This document shows positions 1 through 10,215 of a stretch of DNA of 64,000 nt, piece after piece. Position 1 is the stretch's first letter. Each line of letters opens with the position of its first letter. The notes below the pieces were generated by a model. It was not told the origin of the DNA. It saw nothing but the letters and a program-made list of their open reading frames with translations, and searched no databases. A program made the translations under genes and the position numbers. Origin of the DNA: Minisyncoccota bacterium (lineage in GTDB: Bacteria; Patescibacteriota; Minisyncoccia; Phycocordibacterales; JABMNX01); the NCBI GenBank assembly GCA_965222715.1, contig OZ244961.1:140609-204608 (forward strand), read 5' to 3'.

Positions 1-87
1 CTGTTTGTGTAGTATTATTTTTTTTCTGTGGTGTCATGTCGTTATGTATTAAGTAATTATTAATGTGTTATATCTGTTCTGTGTTTG

Positions 88-1851
88 TTAATTTTTGGCA
101 AACATATCCCACACATGATCAGTATGTATATACCATTCGTGGATATTTAAAAATCGGTCGCCTGATGTGGTAACTGAACCCAACTTCACCCCTTCAATGT
201 TTTTTGGGGTAATGTACACGAAATCAGGTGAGTAGAGGAATACTGCAGGAATATCTTTCTGCACCTCTTCTTCAAACTCTATGTACACCTGATCTCTCTC
301 TTCAGTATCAAGAAGCGTTCTCCCTCGCTGGAGTAAGTCATCAACCGTGATGTTCGCATACAGTGCAATATTGAGGCCAGGGTCATTTCTTTGAGATGAG
401 TGCCAGAATGCAAAGAAGTCAAGCTCTCTTCCAATAACCTCACCAAAAAGCAACGCATCATACTCACGAGGTCGAATGACATTTTGATTTAAATTACCCG
501 CCTCAAATACTTTCAGTTCAACTATCGCGCCAAGTTCTTCCCACGACGCCTTGAGTGTTTCTGCAACAGCTTTTAACTCAGGAAGGTTTGATGTTGCTAA
601 AGAAAATCGAAGTATTCCGTCATCTTCTGATTCCCACACACCTTCTTCTTCATCAAATTCCCACCCATTACGTGAAAGAATGGCACGTGCTTCTTCAATA
701 TCTCCATCAAAGTTTTTTTCTAACACTTCCTCTGAAGAGAGGGCTGCTGGCCGTTCAATACTTTCAGGTGGGATAGGACTATCAATAGGTGTTCCGTAGC
801 CAGCAAAGACCTCATTAACAATTTTTTGTTTTGGTGCAGCTACATCAAGTGCTTTACGTACTTCAATGTTTGAGAAGACTTGAGCAGTATTTTGATTAAA
901 GAAGACGCCAAATATGCGAGGAAGAGGTGTTTGTAACACGTGTTTATTATGAACACTATCGAGTAACTCAGGCACCACACTATTTACCGAAGCAACATCT
1001 CCTTTATTATAGGCTCGGATTACAGAAGCTTCGTTTGGATAAAATCGTAATGTAATTTTCTGGATATACGGCTCTCCTAGCGTGTAGTCACTAAATGCTT
1101 CAAGTACGTACCTCTCTGGTATACCCGATGCGTTCTCTGAGATTCGTTTTACTTTATACGGCCCTGATCCAATTGGTGAGACGTTAATCTCACTAAAGGG
1201 AAACTGTGCAACATCAATATTTTCCCAGATATGTTCTGGCAACACACCAATTGTTGCGTTTTGAAGAAACGGAGCATACGGTCGAGCAAGGATAAACCGA
1301 ACAGTTCGTTCATCCATTTTCTCAACAATAACTCCATCCCAGTTTGCTCGTTGGGCACTCTTTAGTGTTGGATCGAGTGTTTTTTGAATGGTGAAAATAA
1401 CATCATCAGCGGTGACCGATACTCCATCATGAAACACCGCATCTTCTCGTATAGTAAATTCATACACCAAACCATCATCAGTAACAGTGTACCCTTCAGC
1501 AAGGTCGGGGATGACACCACCCTCTGGTGTCGCTTTGAGTAATCCAGAATAGATAAGAGACACCATATCTCTATCAGCGTCAGAGAGAGCGAGAACTGGG
1601 TTAATGAAGCGGGGTGACCCAATAATTCCTTCAGTAAAACTTCCACCTCGAGCTTCCACTTCAACTAATACAGAATTATTAAGAGAGGAAAGTAGGTTGA
1701 GTGAACTTAGTGCAAGGAGAGCAACAAGCACCCACAGCACTAGTTTTTCAAATGGAGAAAGTGATTTAGTAACACGTTCAAGACCACTTAAGTGAGGAAT
1801 CTCAAAACGTGTATGAATAATAGAACCTATTTTTTTCACAGTGTCTTTCAC
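88..1851 (-). CDS. ABC transporter substrate-binding protein, peptide/nickel family (SBP_bac_5, OppA-like), membrane anchored
   Basis: N-terminal TM helix; family-5 motifs 'LIYSGLLK..PDLAE', 'FHDG.SVTADDVIFT', 'PIGSGPYKV'. Confidence 0.9.
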   Translation of the reverse strand: MKDTVKKIGSIIHTRFEIPHLSGLERVTKSLSPFEKLVLWVLVALLALSSLNLLSSLNNSVLVEVEARGGSFTEGIIGSPRFINPVLALSDADRDMVSLIYSGLLKATPEGGVIPDLAEGYTVTDDGLVYEFTIREDAVFHDGVSVTADDVIFTIQKTLDPTLKSAQRANWDGVIVEKMDERTVRFILARPYAPFLQNATIGVLPEHIWENIDVAQFPFSEINVSPIGSGPYKVKRISENASGIPERYVLEAFSDYTLGEPYIQKITLRFYPNEASVIRAYNKGDVASVNSVVPELLDSVHNKHVLQTPLPRIFGVFFNQNTAQVFSNIEVRKALDVAAPKQKIVNEVFAGYGTPIDSPIPPESIERPAALSSEEVLEKNFDGDIEEARAILSRNGWEFDEEEGVWESEDDGILRFSLATSNLPELKAVAETLKASWEELGAIVELKVFEAGNLNQNVIRPREYDALLFGEVIGRELDFFAFWHSSQRNDPGLNIALYANITVDDLLQRGRTLLDTEERDQVYIEFEEEVQKDIPAVFLYSPDFVYITPKNIEGVKLGSVTTSGDRFLNIHEWYIHTDHVWDMFAKN

Positions 1852-1957
1852 AGGTAGTGTGTAGAGTTTCTAGGTACCATCAAACGAGAAATAGCCGCAC
1901 GAACACGCACTCATGTCTCTTTAGTAGGTAGTTATAGGCGACGAGTATATCTCTATC

Positions 1958-2191
1958 TTAACGAATAATAAGGGTAAGAAACGCTGTTAAAGCAAAAAGC
2001 ACACCAAGCACAATAGTTGTGTTGAATAGTGTTTTTTCAAAACCACGCCGTGTGTGGAATCCGCTGCTGAAGTTATCTCCACCAAACGCACCACCAAGAC
2101 CTGCACCTGTTTGCTGTAGCAGAATGCTCAGAACGAGGAGTATGGAGAGCGCGATTTGAATATATGGCAATATCGCTATAAGTGTTTCCAT
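1958..2191 (-). CDS. secG: Preprotein translocase subunit SecG
   Basis: 77 aa, two TM helices, 'ILLQQ.GAGLGGAFGG...RRGFEKTL' motif. Confidence 0.93.
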   Translation of the reverse strand: METLIAILPYIQIALSILLVLSILLQQTGAGLGGAFGGDNFSSGFHTRRGFEKTLFNTTIVLGVLFALTAFLTLIIR

Positions 2192-2255
2192 TTAGTCGCC
2201 AGTATAACAGGAGTCTATAATTATGCAATAGTGCCACAGGTACTCTCTCATTGGA

Positions 2256-2283
2256 TTGACAGAGAACCTTCTAAAAGTATAAT
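2256..2283 (+). promoter_or_regulatory. Sigma70-type promoter of groESL
   Basis: TTGACA (2256-2261), 16-nt spacer, TATAAT (2278-2283). Confidence 0.8.
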
Positions 2284-2302
2284 TACCTCGAAATAATGGT
2301 TA

Positions 2303-2329
2303 TTAGCACTCCTTGATCAGGAGATTTTA
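2303..2329 (+). promoter_or_regulatory. Degenerate CIRCE-like (HrcA) operator
   Basis: TTAGCACTC-N9-GAGATTTTA; left arm perfect, right arm 5/9 match to GAGTGCTAA; lies between the promoter and groES. Confidence 0.5.
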
Positions 2330-2348
2330 GGAGAAAAAGAAAAACAGT

Positions 2349-2672
2349 ATGGCAAAAACAACAACAAAGGCTTCAAAAAAGTCAAGAATACAGCCACTTG
2401 GCGATCGTGTACTTGTTTCTCTTCCTCCTCGAGAAGAGAAGACACAGTCAGGAATTATCATTCCAGAGACTGCTGAGCGAGAAAAGCCCGAGCAAGGCAA
2501 AGTGATTGCGGTTGGTAGTGGGCGAGTGACTGACTCAGGAGAGACGGTACCAGTATCAGTAAAGGTGGGTGATACGGTCGTATTCTCAAAATATGGATAC
2601 GATGAGATTACTGTTGACGGAGAGACGTACTACATTCTTCGAGAAGAAAATATTTTGGCGGTTATTAACTAA
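2349..2672 (+). CDS. groES: Co-chaperonin GroES
   Basis: 'IQPLGDRVLV...TQSGIIIPETAEREKP..GKVIAVG' motif. Confidence 0.98.
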   Translation: MAKTTTKASKKSRIQPLGDRVLVSLPPREEKTQSGIIIPETAEREKPEQGKVIAVGSGRVTDSGETVPVSVKVGDTVVFSKYGYDEITVDGETYYILREENILAVIN

Positions 2673-2702
2673 GGCCGCACTACATATTTTATTAGTGATT
2701 AA

Positions 2703-4364
<1,662 letters not shown>

Positions 4365-4385
4365 GTTTTACACTCACTACACAAA

Positions 4386-4411
4386 AAACGCTAAGAGTAC
4401 TCTTGGCGTTT
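4386..4411. repeat. 26-bp palindrome family copy; probably also terminates groESL
   Basis: AAACGCTAAGAGTACTCTTGGCGTTT flanked by A and T tracts. Confidence 0.8.
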
Positions 4412-4450
4412 TTTGTGTGATATAATCTTAAAAAATAAGTAATACATACT

Positions 4451-5011
4451 ATGACCATTCTATATATTATTTTAGGAGTTGTTGCGGTTGTTGTGTTGTG
4501 GGTTATTTTTGCATATAACCGCTTCATCACACTTATTAACCGCACTAAAGAAGCATGGGCTGACATCGACGTGCAGTTAAAGCGTCGGTATGATTTGATC
4601 CCTAATCTTATAAACACCGTAAAAGGATACGCAAAGCATGAACAGCAAACACTCTCACAAGTAACCGAAATGCGTGCAAAAGCAATGCAAGCAGGTAACC
4701 TCGGGGAGCGAGCAGAAGCAGAGAACATGTTGACCGAGGCACTCAAGTCTCTTTTTGCAGTTTCAGAAAATTATCCAGACCTTAAGGCAAACGAAAACTT
4801 CTTAGAATTACAACGAGAACTCTCTGACACTGAAAACAAAATTCAGGCTGCACGACGGTTTTACAATGCAAACGTGAGAGACTTTAACACTGCGCTTGAA
4901 TCATTTCCACAGAATATTGTTGGTAACGTATTCCGTTTTAGCATGCAAGAGTTCTTTGAGCTTGATGAAAGTGATGCTGCTGCGCGAGAGCCGGTGAATG
5001 TATCATTCTAG
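4451..5011 (+). CDS. lemA: LemA family protein
   Basis: N-terminal TM; 'AWADIDVQLKRRYDLIPNL', 'ENYPDLKAN.NFL.LQ.EL..TEN.I..ARRFYN'. Confidence 0.96.
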   Translation: MTILYIILGVVAVVVLWVIFAYNRFITLINRTKEAWADIDVQLKRRYDLIPNLINTVKGYAKHEQQTLSQVTEMRAKAMQAGNLGERAEAENMLTEALKSLFAVSENYPDLKANENFLELQRELSDTENKIQAARRFYNANVRDFNTALESFPQNIVGNVFRFSMQEFFELDESDAAAREPVNVSF

Positions 5012-5023
5012 TGGTGGTGCGAT

Positions 5024-5542
5024 ATGGCAACATCAGGTATTTCTACAGGTCCTTCAATAGATAAGGCTGAGAAAGATAAACTCTTTTACTTCGTAACCAC
5101 CATTGTGGTTTTTCGTGAAAGTGATCAGAAGTGCCTTATCTTAAAACGCGATAAGAATGACGATGTGTATCCTGGGAAATGGGCACTTCCTGGTGGGCGG
5201 CTTGCTTGGAGCGACATTAATCTCTCAAAACCTGATTCTGTTGAAGGGGATGTAGAGAACTTCAATCGCCCTCTAGAGAATCATGTTGAGAGTATTGTTA
5301 AAGAAAAGGCAGGAATTGAAATAGATAATCGCCCACGATATCTTGAAAGTGTGTTCTTTATTCGAGGAGATGGCACTCCGTCAGTACTCGTACGGTTTGC
5401 AGTAACCTATCAAAGTGGAGAGGTAGAACCACGTGAAGAATTTACCCACCATGCGTGGGTGGGTGAAGAGGAAGTGGGAGACTACGATTGTATTAGTGGT
5501 ATTGATAGAGATATTGTACGAACCATTAAATTATTTTCTTAA
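5024..5542 (+). CDS. NUDIX-fold protein with degenerate Nudix box
   Basis: 'LILKR...YPGKWALPGG'; box reads IVKEKAGI; paralog of the next gene. Confidence 0.8.
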   Translation: MATSGISTGPSIDKAEKDKLFYFVTTIVVFRESDQKCLILKRDKNDDVYPGKWALPGGRLAWSDINLSKPDSVEGDVENFNRPLENHVESIVKEKAGIEIDNRPRYLESVFFIRGDGTPSVLVRFAVTYQSGEVEPREEFTHHAWVGEEEVGDYDCISGIDRDIVRTIKLFS

Positions 5543-5553
5543 CATAAAAAACT

Positions 5554-6072
5554 ATGCAAGCTAAAGAAATAAGTATTGAGAAGGCAAAAAAAGATAAACT
5601 CTTTTATTTTGTCGCAAACGTGGTGGTGTATAACCCTGAGAATAATAAGTGTCTCATCTTGAAGCGTCACGAGAGAGAAGTGGCACATCCAAACAAGTGG
5701 GCAGTTCCCGGAGGAAAGCTTGAATGGCAGAACCTTGATATTAACAACCCAACGAGAATGAATGGTGACGTTATTGATTTTGAAGATGCTGTTGAAGATC
5801 TTTTGGTTCGAGAGACGAAAGAGGAATCAAATGTTTCTATCGAGAAAAAACTGCACTACATAAACAGCGTTGCATTCATTCGCCCTGATGGCATTCCGGT
5901 TGTGTTGGTAAAATTTGCTGCAAAATATACTGGTGGAGAAGTTGTGCTTGAAGAAGGAGGCTTCACTAATTTTGCATGGGTTGATGAAAAAGAGGTAGCG
6001 GAATACGAATGTATTGATGGTGTACAAGAAGAGGTGCGAGAAACCATACAGCACTTCAAGAAACATAACTAA
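5554..6072 (+). CDS. NUDIX hydrolase
   Basis: 'WAVPGGKLE...RETKEESNV' Nudix box with an insertion. Confidence 0.88.
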   Translation: MQAKEISIEKAKKDKLFYFVANVVVYNPENNKCLILKRHEREVAHPNKWAVPGGKLEWQNLDINNPTRMNGDVIDFEDAVEDLLVRETKEESNVSIEKKLHYINSVAFIRPDGIPVVLVKFAAKYTGGEVVLEEGGFTNFAWVDEKEVAEYECIDGVQEEVRETIQHFKKHN

Positions 6073-6074
6073 CT

Positions 6075-6971
6075 ATGGCGACAGTCTATACACATAAAGA
6101 TAGCAATATTAGAAAGACGTGGTTTTTAATGCTTACGTTTTTCTTGGTAGTGGTAGGAGTTGCATGGAGTTTTTCATACATTCTTGAGAGTCCAGTCATC
6201 CTTTGGGTTGCGGTTATTTTTAGTGTACTGATGAATGTTGGCGCATACTGGTACTCAGATAAGTTGGTCCTTAAAATGTCAGGTGCCGAACCCGTCTCTC
6301 GTGAATCGCACCGAGAACTATGGAATATACTTGAAAACCTCTCTATTACCGCCGGGCTGCCAATGCCAAAACTCTATATTATTAATGACGCAGCACCAAA
6401 CGCATTTGCAACAGGTCGTGATCCAGAGCATGCAGTTGTTGCAGTGACCACCGGATTACTTTCTATGCTTGATAGAAACGAGCTTGAGGGGGTAGTTGCG
6501 CACGAATTAGCGCATATTGGAAATCGTGACATGTTAGTGATGACAGTGGTAGTAGTACTTCTTGGTTTTATCACGCTTCTTTCTGATTTCTTTTTGCGGA
6601 TGACCATGTTCGGTGGGAATAATAGTGATCGTGATGGTCGTATGCAAATCATAATGGTTGTTGCAGGACTCGCACTTGCCATTCTCTCACCGATTATCGC
6701 AAAACTCATTCAACTTGCTATCTCACGGAAGCGAGAGTTTCTTGCTGATGCATCAGGTGCACTTCTAACTCGCTATCCTGAAGGGCTTGCCTCAGCACTT
6801 GAGAAGATTAGTGGATACAAAGAGCCGATGCGACGAGCAAACCATGCGACAGCACACCTCTTCATCTCAAACCCGTTTGGGAAAAGTACGAGAGGAAAGT
6901 TTTTGAATACATTATTCATGACCCACCCACCCACAGAAGAGCGGATTGCTGCGCTGCGAAGTAGCAGCTAA
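6075..6971 (+). CDS. htpX: Zinc metalloprotease HtpX (M48)
   Basis: 'PNAFATG', 'AHELAH' HExxH, 'SRKREFLAD', 'THPP.EERI'. Confidence 0.96.
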   Translation: MATVYTHKDSNIRKTWFLMLTFFLVVVGVAWSFSYILESPVILWVAVIFSVLMNVGAYWYSDKLVLKMSGAEPVSRESHRELWNILENLSITAGLPMPKLYIINDAAPNAFATGRDPEHAVVAVTTGLLSMLDRNELEGVVAHELAHIGNRDMLVMTVVVVLLGFITLLSDFFLRMTMFGGNNSDRDGRMQIIMVVAGLALAILSPIIAKLIQLAISRKREFLADASGALLTRYPEGLASALEKISGYKEPMRRANHATAHLFISNPFGKSTRGKFLNTLFMTHPPTEERIAALRSSS

Positions 6972-6975
6972 ACTC

Positions 6976-7004
6976 TTGACGTACTAGATGTATAGAAGTA
7001 TAAT
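6976..7004 (+). promoter_or_regulatory. Sigma70-type promoter
   Basis: TTGACG-N17-TATAAT. Confidence 0.7.
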
Positions 7005-7058
7005 CCTCGTTGGTTTAGTTTGGTTTACATAGAGGCTTCAAGAAAGGGGAAGTGACAA

Positions 7059-7250
7059 ATGGGTGCGACTGTTGAGGTTATTGTAAAGAGGCGTTTCGGA
7101 AGGGATGAGCGAAAGGTGGCTCAGAGACGGGCGGCTCGTCCGTGTGTACCGAGTTCGATCCGGAACGTCAGACCAGCAAGAATCGCAACCTCGGGGGTTG
7201 TCAGTGCGGCGGCCAGGATGGCAGGTGTCGCAAGAGTCCGCGGCATATGA
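7059..7250 (+). CDS. Putative small basic protein (frame uncertain; could be ncRNA)
   Basis: GC-rich ORF with upstream promoter, purine-rich SD-like AAAGGGGA and downstream terminator; all three + frames are open over most of its length. Confidence 0.35.
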   Translation: MGATVEVIVKRRFGRDERKVAQRRAARPCVPSSIRNVRPARIATSGVVSAAARMAGVARVRGI

Positions 7251-7314
7251 AACATAAGCCGGACTGGATGCGCCAGTACTAGGGGGCACAATCACGAAAT
7301 ATCACAAAATACAT

Positions 7315-7343
7315 GGGGGCGGTTTGAGATAACTGCCCCTTTT
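7315..7343 (+). terminator. Rho-independent terminator
   Basis: GGGGCGGTT...AACTGCCCC stem followed by T tract. Confidence 0.7.
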
Positions 7344-7403
7344 GATTTGTTTTTTAAATTCTCATAACCAATTCTCTTAGTTCGGGATGGATTAGGATAT
7401 ATA

Positions 7404-7432
7404 TTGACTATTTAATCAAAATATTATATAAT
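7404..7432 (+). promoter_or_regulatory. Sigma70-type promoter of the diguanylate cyclase
   Basis: TTGACT-N17-TATAAT. Confidence 0.7.
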
Positions 7433-7480
7433 TAAATTTAGATCTAGTCAGTATACTCATGCTACGAGGAGGTGTACATT

Positions 7481-8155
7481 ATGAGTGACAGTACCGCTAT
7501 TCCGCGTGTTGGAGATATCTCTGAGCGCGAGCTCGAGAACCTTCCGCACAAAACTCTGGTCGCGTTCGCACTGCGTGCGCAGTCGTTGGCAACGATCGAC
7601 GACATGACCCAGATTCTGAACCATCGCGCGTTCGAAGAAGAGGCCACTCGCCACTTCAACCGTATGAAGCGTAATGGTGATGAAGGGGTGATGCTTCTTC
7701 TGGACATCGACCTCTTCAAGAGGGTTAACGACACCTACGGCCACCTCGGCGGTAATGAGGTGATCAAAAAAGTTGCCAGCATCATGGAGGCATGTACTCG
7801 GCCCAGCGATCTCTGTGGACGCTATGGTGGGGAGGAGTTCATCATCTTCCTTCCCAATACCGGTAAGCAAGAAAGCAAGCTGGTCGCCGAGCGGATCCGC
7901 ACCATGGTCGAAGGGTCCACGGTGAAGTTCGAATCCCACGACATTTCATGCACGGTGAGTATCGGCCTCGCACTTCTTTCTGATGCGGAAGATCTCGAAG
8001 GCCTGATAGGTTCGGCCGACCGAGCGCTCTACAAGGCAAAAGGCGGAGGTCGGAATCGTGTCGTCACGGCTGATGCGAATCTCAACGAAAAGCGTCGCTT
8101 TACTGGAAGCAGCGATCGTCGTGGTCAAGATGTTCCGGATCGTCGGAAATCCTAA
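7481..8155 (+). CDS. Stand-alone diguanylate cyclase (GGDEF domain)
   Basis: 'DIDLFKRVNDTYGH..G', 'RPSD' I-site, 'RYGGEEF', 'ADRALYKAKGGGRNRV'; SD GAGGAGGT before ATG 7481. Confidence 0.95.
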   Translation: MSDSTAIPRVGDISERELENLPHKTLVAFALRAQSLATIDDMTQILNHRAFEEEATRHFNRMKRNGDEGVMLLLDIDLFKRVNDTYGHLGGNEVIKKVASIMEACTRPSDLCGRYGGEEFIIFLPNTGKQESKLVAERIRTMVEGSTVKFESHDISCTVSIGLALLSDAEDLEGLIGSADRALYKAKGGGRNRVVTADANLNEKRRFTGSSDRRGQDVPDRRKS

Positions 8156-8179
8156 ACATTCATCTCGAATGAAAACTAG

Positions 8180-8206
8180 CGACCTTGGTGTACCCAAGGT
8201 CGTTTT
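8180..8206 (+). terminator. Rho-independent terminator
   Basis: CGACCTTGG-N5-CCAAGGTCG followed by TTTT. Confidence 0.75.
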
Positions 8207-8246
8207 CTTTTTGTTACTTTAAGTAAGTTATATTACAGTGGTATAG

Positions 8247-8367
8247 ATTTTGGAGAGGTGGCAGAGTGGAAGAAACACAAACTGCTTTGTGTTTCTTCCG
8301 AAGCGTAGCGAAGGAGGACGACCCGAAGCCACCTCGTCCTGTAAGGCCAAAATACGAAGTATATTTT
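8247..8367 (+). repeat. tRNA-Ser 5'-associated element: duplicated tRNA 5' end plus structured spacer
   Basis: ATTTTGGAGAGGTGGCAGAGTGG at 8247-8269 and again at 8363-8385; spacer has hairpins and an antisense segment GCCACCTC(G)TCC. Confidence 0.85.
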
Positions 8368-8455
<88 letters not shown>

Positions 8456-8467
8456 ATCTAACAGCTA

Positions 8468-9086
8468 GCACGAAGACCTTAATGCTTTAGTGCTTAGATA
8501 AATTATGACTTCAAGAAAGATTAAAGTTCCAGAATTAGATTCATACTCTCATTGGCCGGAAAAGCCATATCAGTGGATGCTGACAGGATTAATTCATACG
8601 ATTCAAAAAGTTGATGAGGTAGAGGCAAATTATTTAGTTGCTCTTGGTTTGGTATGCTACACAGAATTTATGGGTCATGAGGTTTTGAAATTTAGAAAAT
8701 TACCAAATGGTTCTGGACAGGGTAAAAATGCATTTAACTTATTCGTTGGAGAATATATGGGTTATCAGGAGTTGTTAGATAAGCATGAAGAAGTTTATGA
8801 TTGGTTTAGGTGTGGTTTGTGTCATGAGTTCAAAATTAAAAATATCGATGGAGGAACTGAAAGTGGTGTATTCCATTTTTTTGTTGGAAATTCTGAAGAA
8901 GTAAAAAAAGTAAAGAAATTAGTTGATGCAGATCCAACAAAAGGTATAGCAGTTTCTAGTCAAGGGAAAAGAATTTTGTTTATAGAACCTTACCTGCACG
9001 ACTTTCAAAAAGGGGTAGAAAAATTCTTGAAAGAGTCCGGAAAAATTGAAATGTGAGAAAATCTTGATGCGCACGAGGACCTTAAT
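8468..9086 (+). mobile_element. Direct-repeat-flanked single-gene cassette
   Basis: GCACGAAGACCTTAAT (8468-8483) and GCACGAGGACCTTAAT (9071-9086) bracket one AT-rich ORF just downstream of tRNA-Ser. Confidence 0.55.
8505..9056 (+). CDS. Hypothetical protein with HEPN-like R-x4-H motif
   Basis: 'VYDWFRCGLCHEF'; AT-richer than neighbours. Confidence 0.6.
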   Translation: MTSRKIKVPELDSYSHWPEKPYQWMLTGLIHTIQKVDEVEANYLVALGLVCYTEFMGHEVLKFRKLPNGSGQGKNAFNLFVGEYMGYQELLDKHEEVYDWFRCGLCHEFKIKNIDGGTESGVFHFFVGNSEEVKKVKKLVDADPTKGIAVSSQGKRILFIEPYLHDFQKGVEKFLKESGKIEM

Positions 9087-9191
9087 TTCAATAAACTAAA
9101 ATAGTTAAAAATAACCTTGCTGGGCTTGACCGACCACGGTTCCAGCCCGAGGTAGCCCGCATTTGTTTTAATACGTGTATACTTTATAAAT

Positions 9192-9413
9192 ATGAACGAA
9201 ATTAAAAAAGGAATGTATCGCCACTACAAAGGAGGGGAGTACGAAGTGTTAGGTGTTGCAAAACATTCTGAGACGCTTGAAGATGTGGTGGTATATCGCC
9301 ACCCAGGGAATGAACTCTCAGAATTGTGGGTGCGCCCACTTGAGATGTTTACTGAGACAGTGGAGGTAGATGGAAAAGAAGTGCCTCGTTTTGAATATAG
9401 CAAGGGTCTCTAA
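9192..9413 (+). CDS. DUF1653 domain protein
   Basis: 'YRHYKGGEYEVLGVAKHSET.EDVVVY...LWVRP..MF'. Confidence 0.9.
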   Translation: MNEIKKGMYRHYKGGEYEVLGVAKHSETLEDVVVYRHPGNELSELWVRPLEMFTETVEVDGKEVPRFEYSKGL

Positions 9414-9423
9414 ATCTTCTTTA

Positions 9424-10140
9424 CTACACACCTAGTGTATTAAGTAGTGTCTCTCGTTCTTTTTCTGTAAGTTCTCGTTTCTCTCCTACTTTCAGGTTTC
9501 CAAGTTTAAGGTGCATAATACGCACGCGTTTAAGGTCTTCAACTTGGTAGCCAAACGCAGCAGCCATACGTCTAATTTGGTGTTTTTTACCTTCGGTAAG
9601 GATGATTGAAAATGTTCTCTCGCCAAGTTTTTTCACTTTTGCCTCTTTGGTGCGATACCCCTCAATGTTTACTCCGCGACTGAGTCCGTTAATAACGGTG
9701 CCAGTTATTCGTTTATCAACTTTGACCACATACTCTTTTTCATGCGGATATTTTGGATTTAAAAGTCTATCAACAATACGCCCATCGTTCGTTAGGAGCA
9801 TGAGCCCATGAGATGCTTTGTCTAGTCTCCCCACAGGGAAGAATGCCTTACCTAATCCAGAGATGTCCTCAACAGACTGCTCTCCCTTTTGTGGATTATG
9901 TGAGACAACACCTCTTGGTTTGTTGTAGAGCACATACTGATAGCTTTTTGAAAGCTTCTCTACATTTTTAGACACTTCAACCACATCTTTTTTTTCTACC
10001 TGTGCACCGAGTTCTGCAACAACTCCATTAATACGCACATCACCACGCTTGATCATTTCATCTGCTTTTCTGCGCGAACAGTATCCTTTGAGGTAGAGGT
10101 AGCGATTAATGCGTATTGGAAATTCAATCAGATCTTCCAT
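9424..10140 (-). CDS. rRNA pseudouridine synthase (RsuA/RluB/RluF family)
   Basis: S4 domain 'RINRYL...CSRRKAD'; catalytic 'GRLDK.S.GL.LLTNDG'; 'EGKKHQIRRM'. Confidence 0.93.
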   Translation of the reverse strand: MEDLIEFPIRINRYLYLKGYCSRRKADEMIKRGDVRINGVVAELGAQVEKKDVVEVSKNVEKLSKSYQYVLYNKPRGVVSHNPQKGEQSVEDISGLGKAFFPVGRLDKASHGLMLLTNDGRIVDRLLNPKYPHEKEYVVKVDKRITGTVINGLSRGVNIEGYRTKEAKVKKLGERTFSIILTEGKKHQIRRMAAAFGYQVEDLKRVRIMHLKLGNLKVGEKRELTEKERETLLNTLGV

Positions 10141-10215
10141 AAGTGTGTTTAGTTATAGCACTCTTTTGTATGCCGTGCATTGTTCTTCTTTATGTATGTC
10201 CTATAATACAAAGTA

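Noticed and set aside
7052-7282. Genome-wide TGA recoding suggested by two in-frame TGAs in a Cys-rich frame
   Set aside because: Conserved genes in the window contain no internal TGA, and TGA ends genes such as prsW, consistent with code 11.
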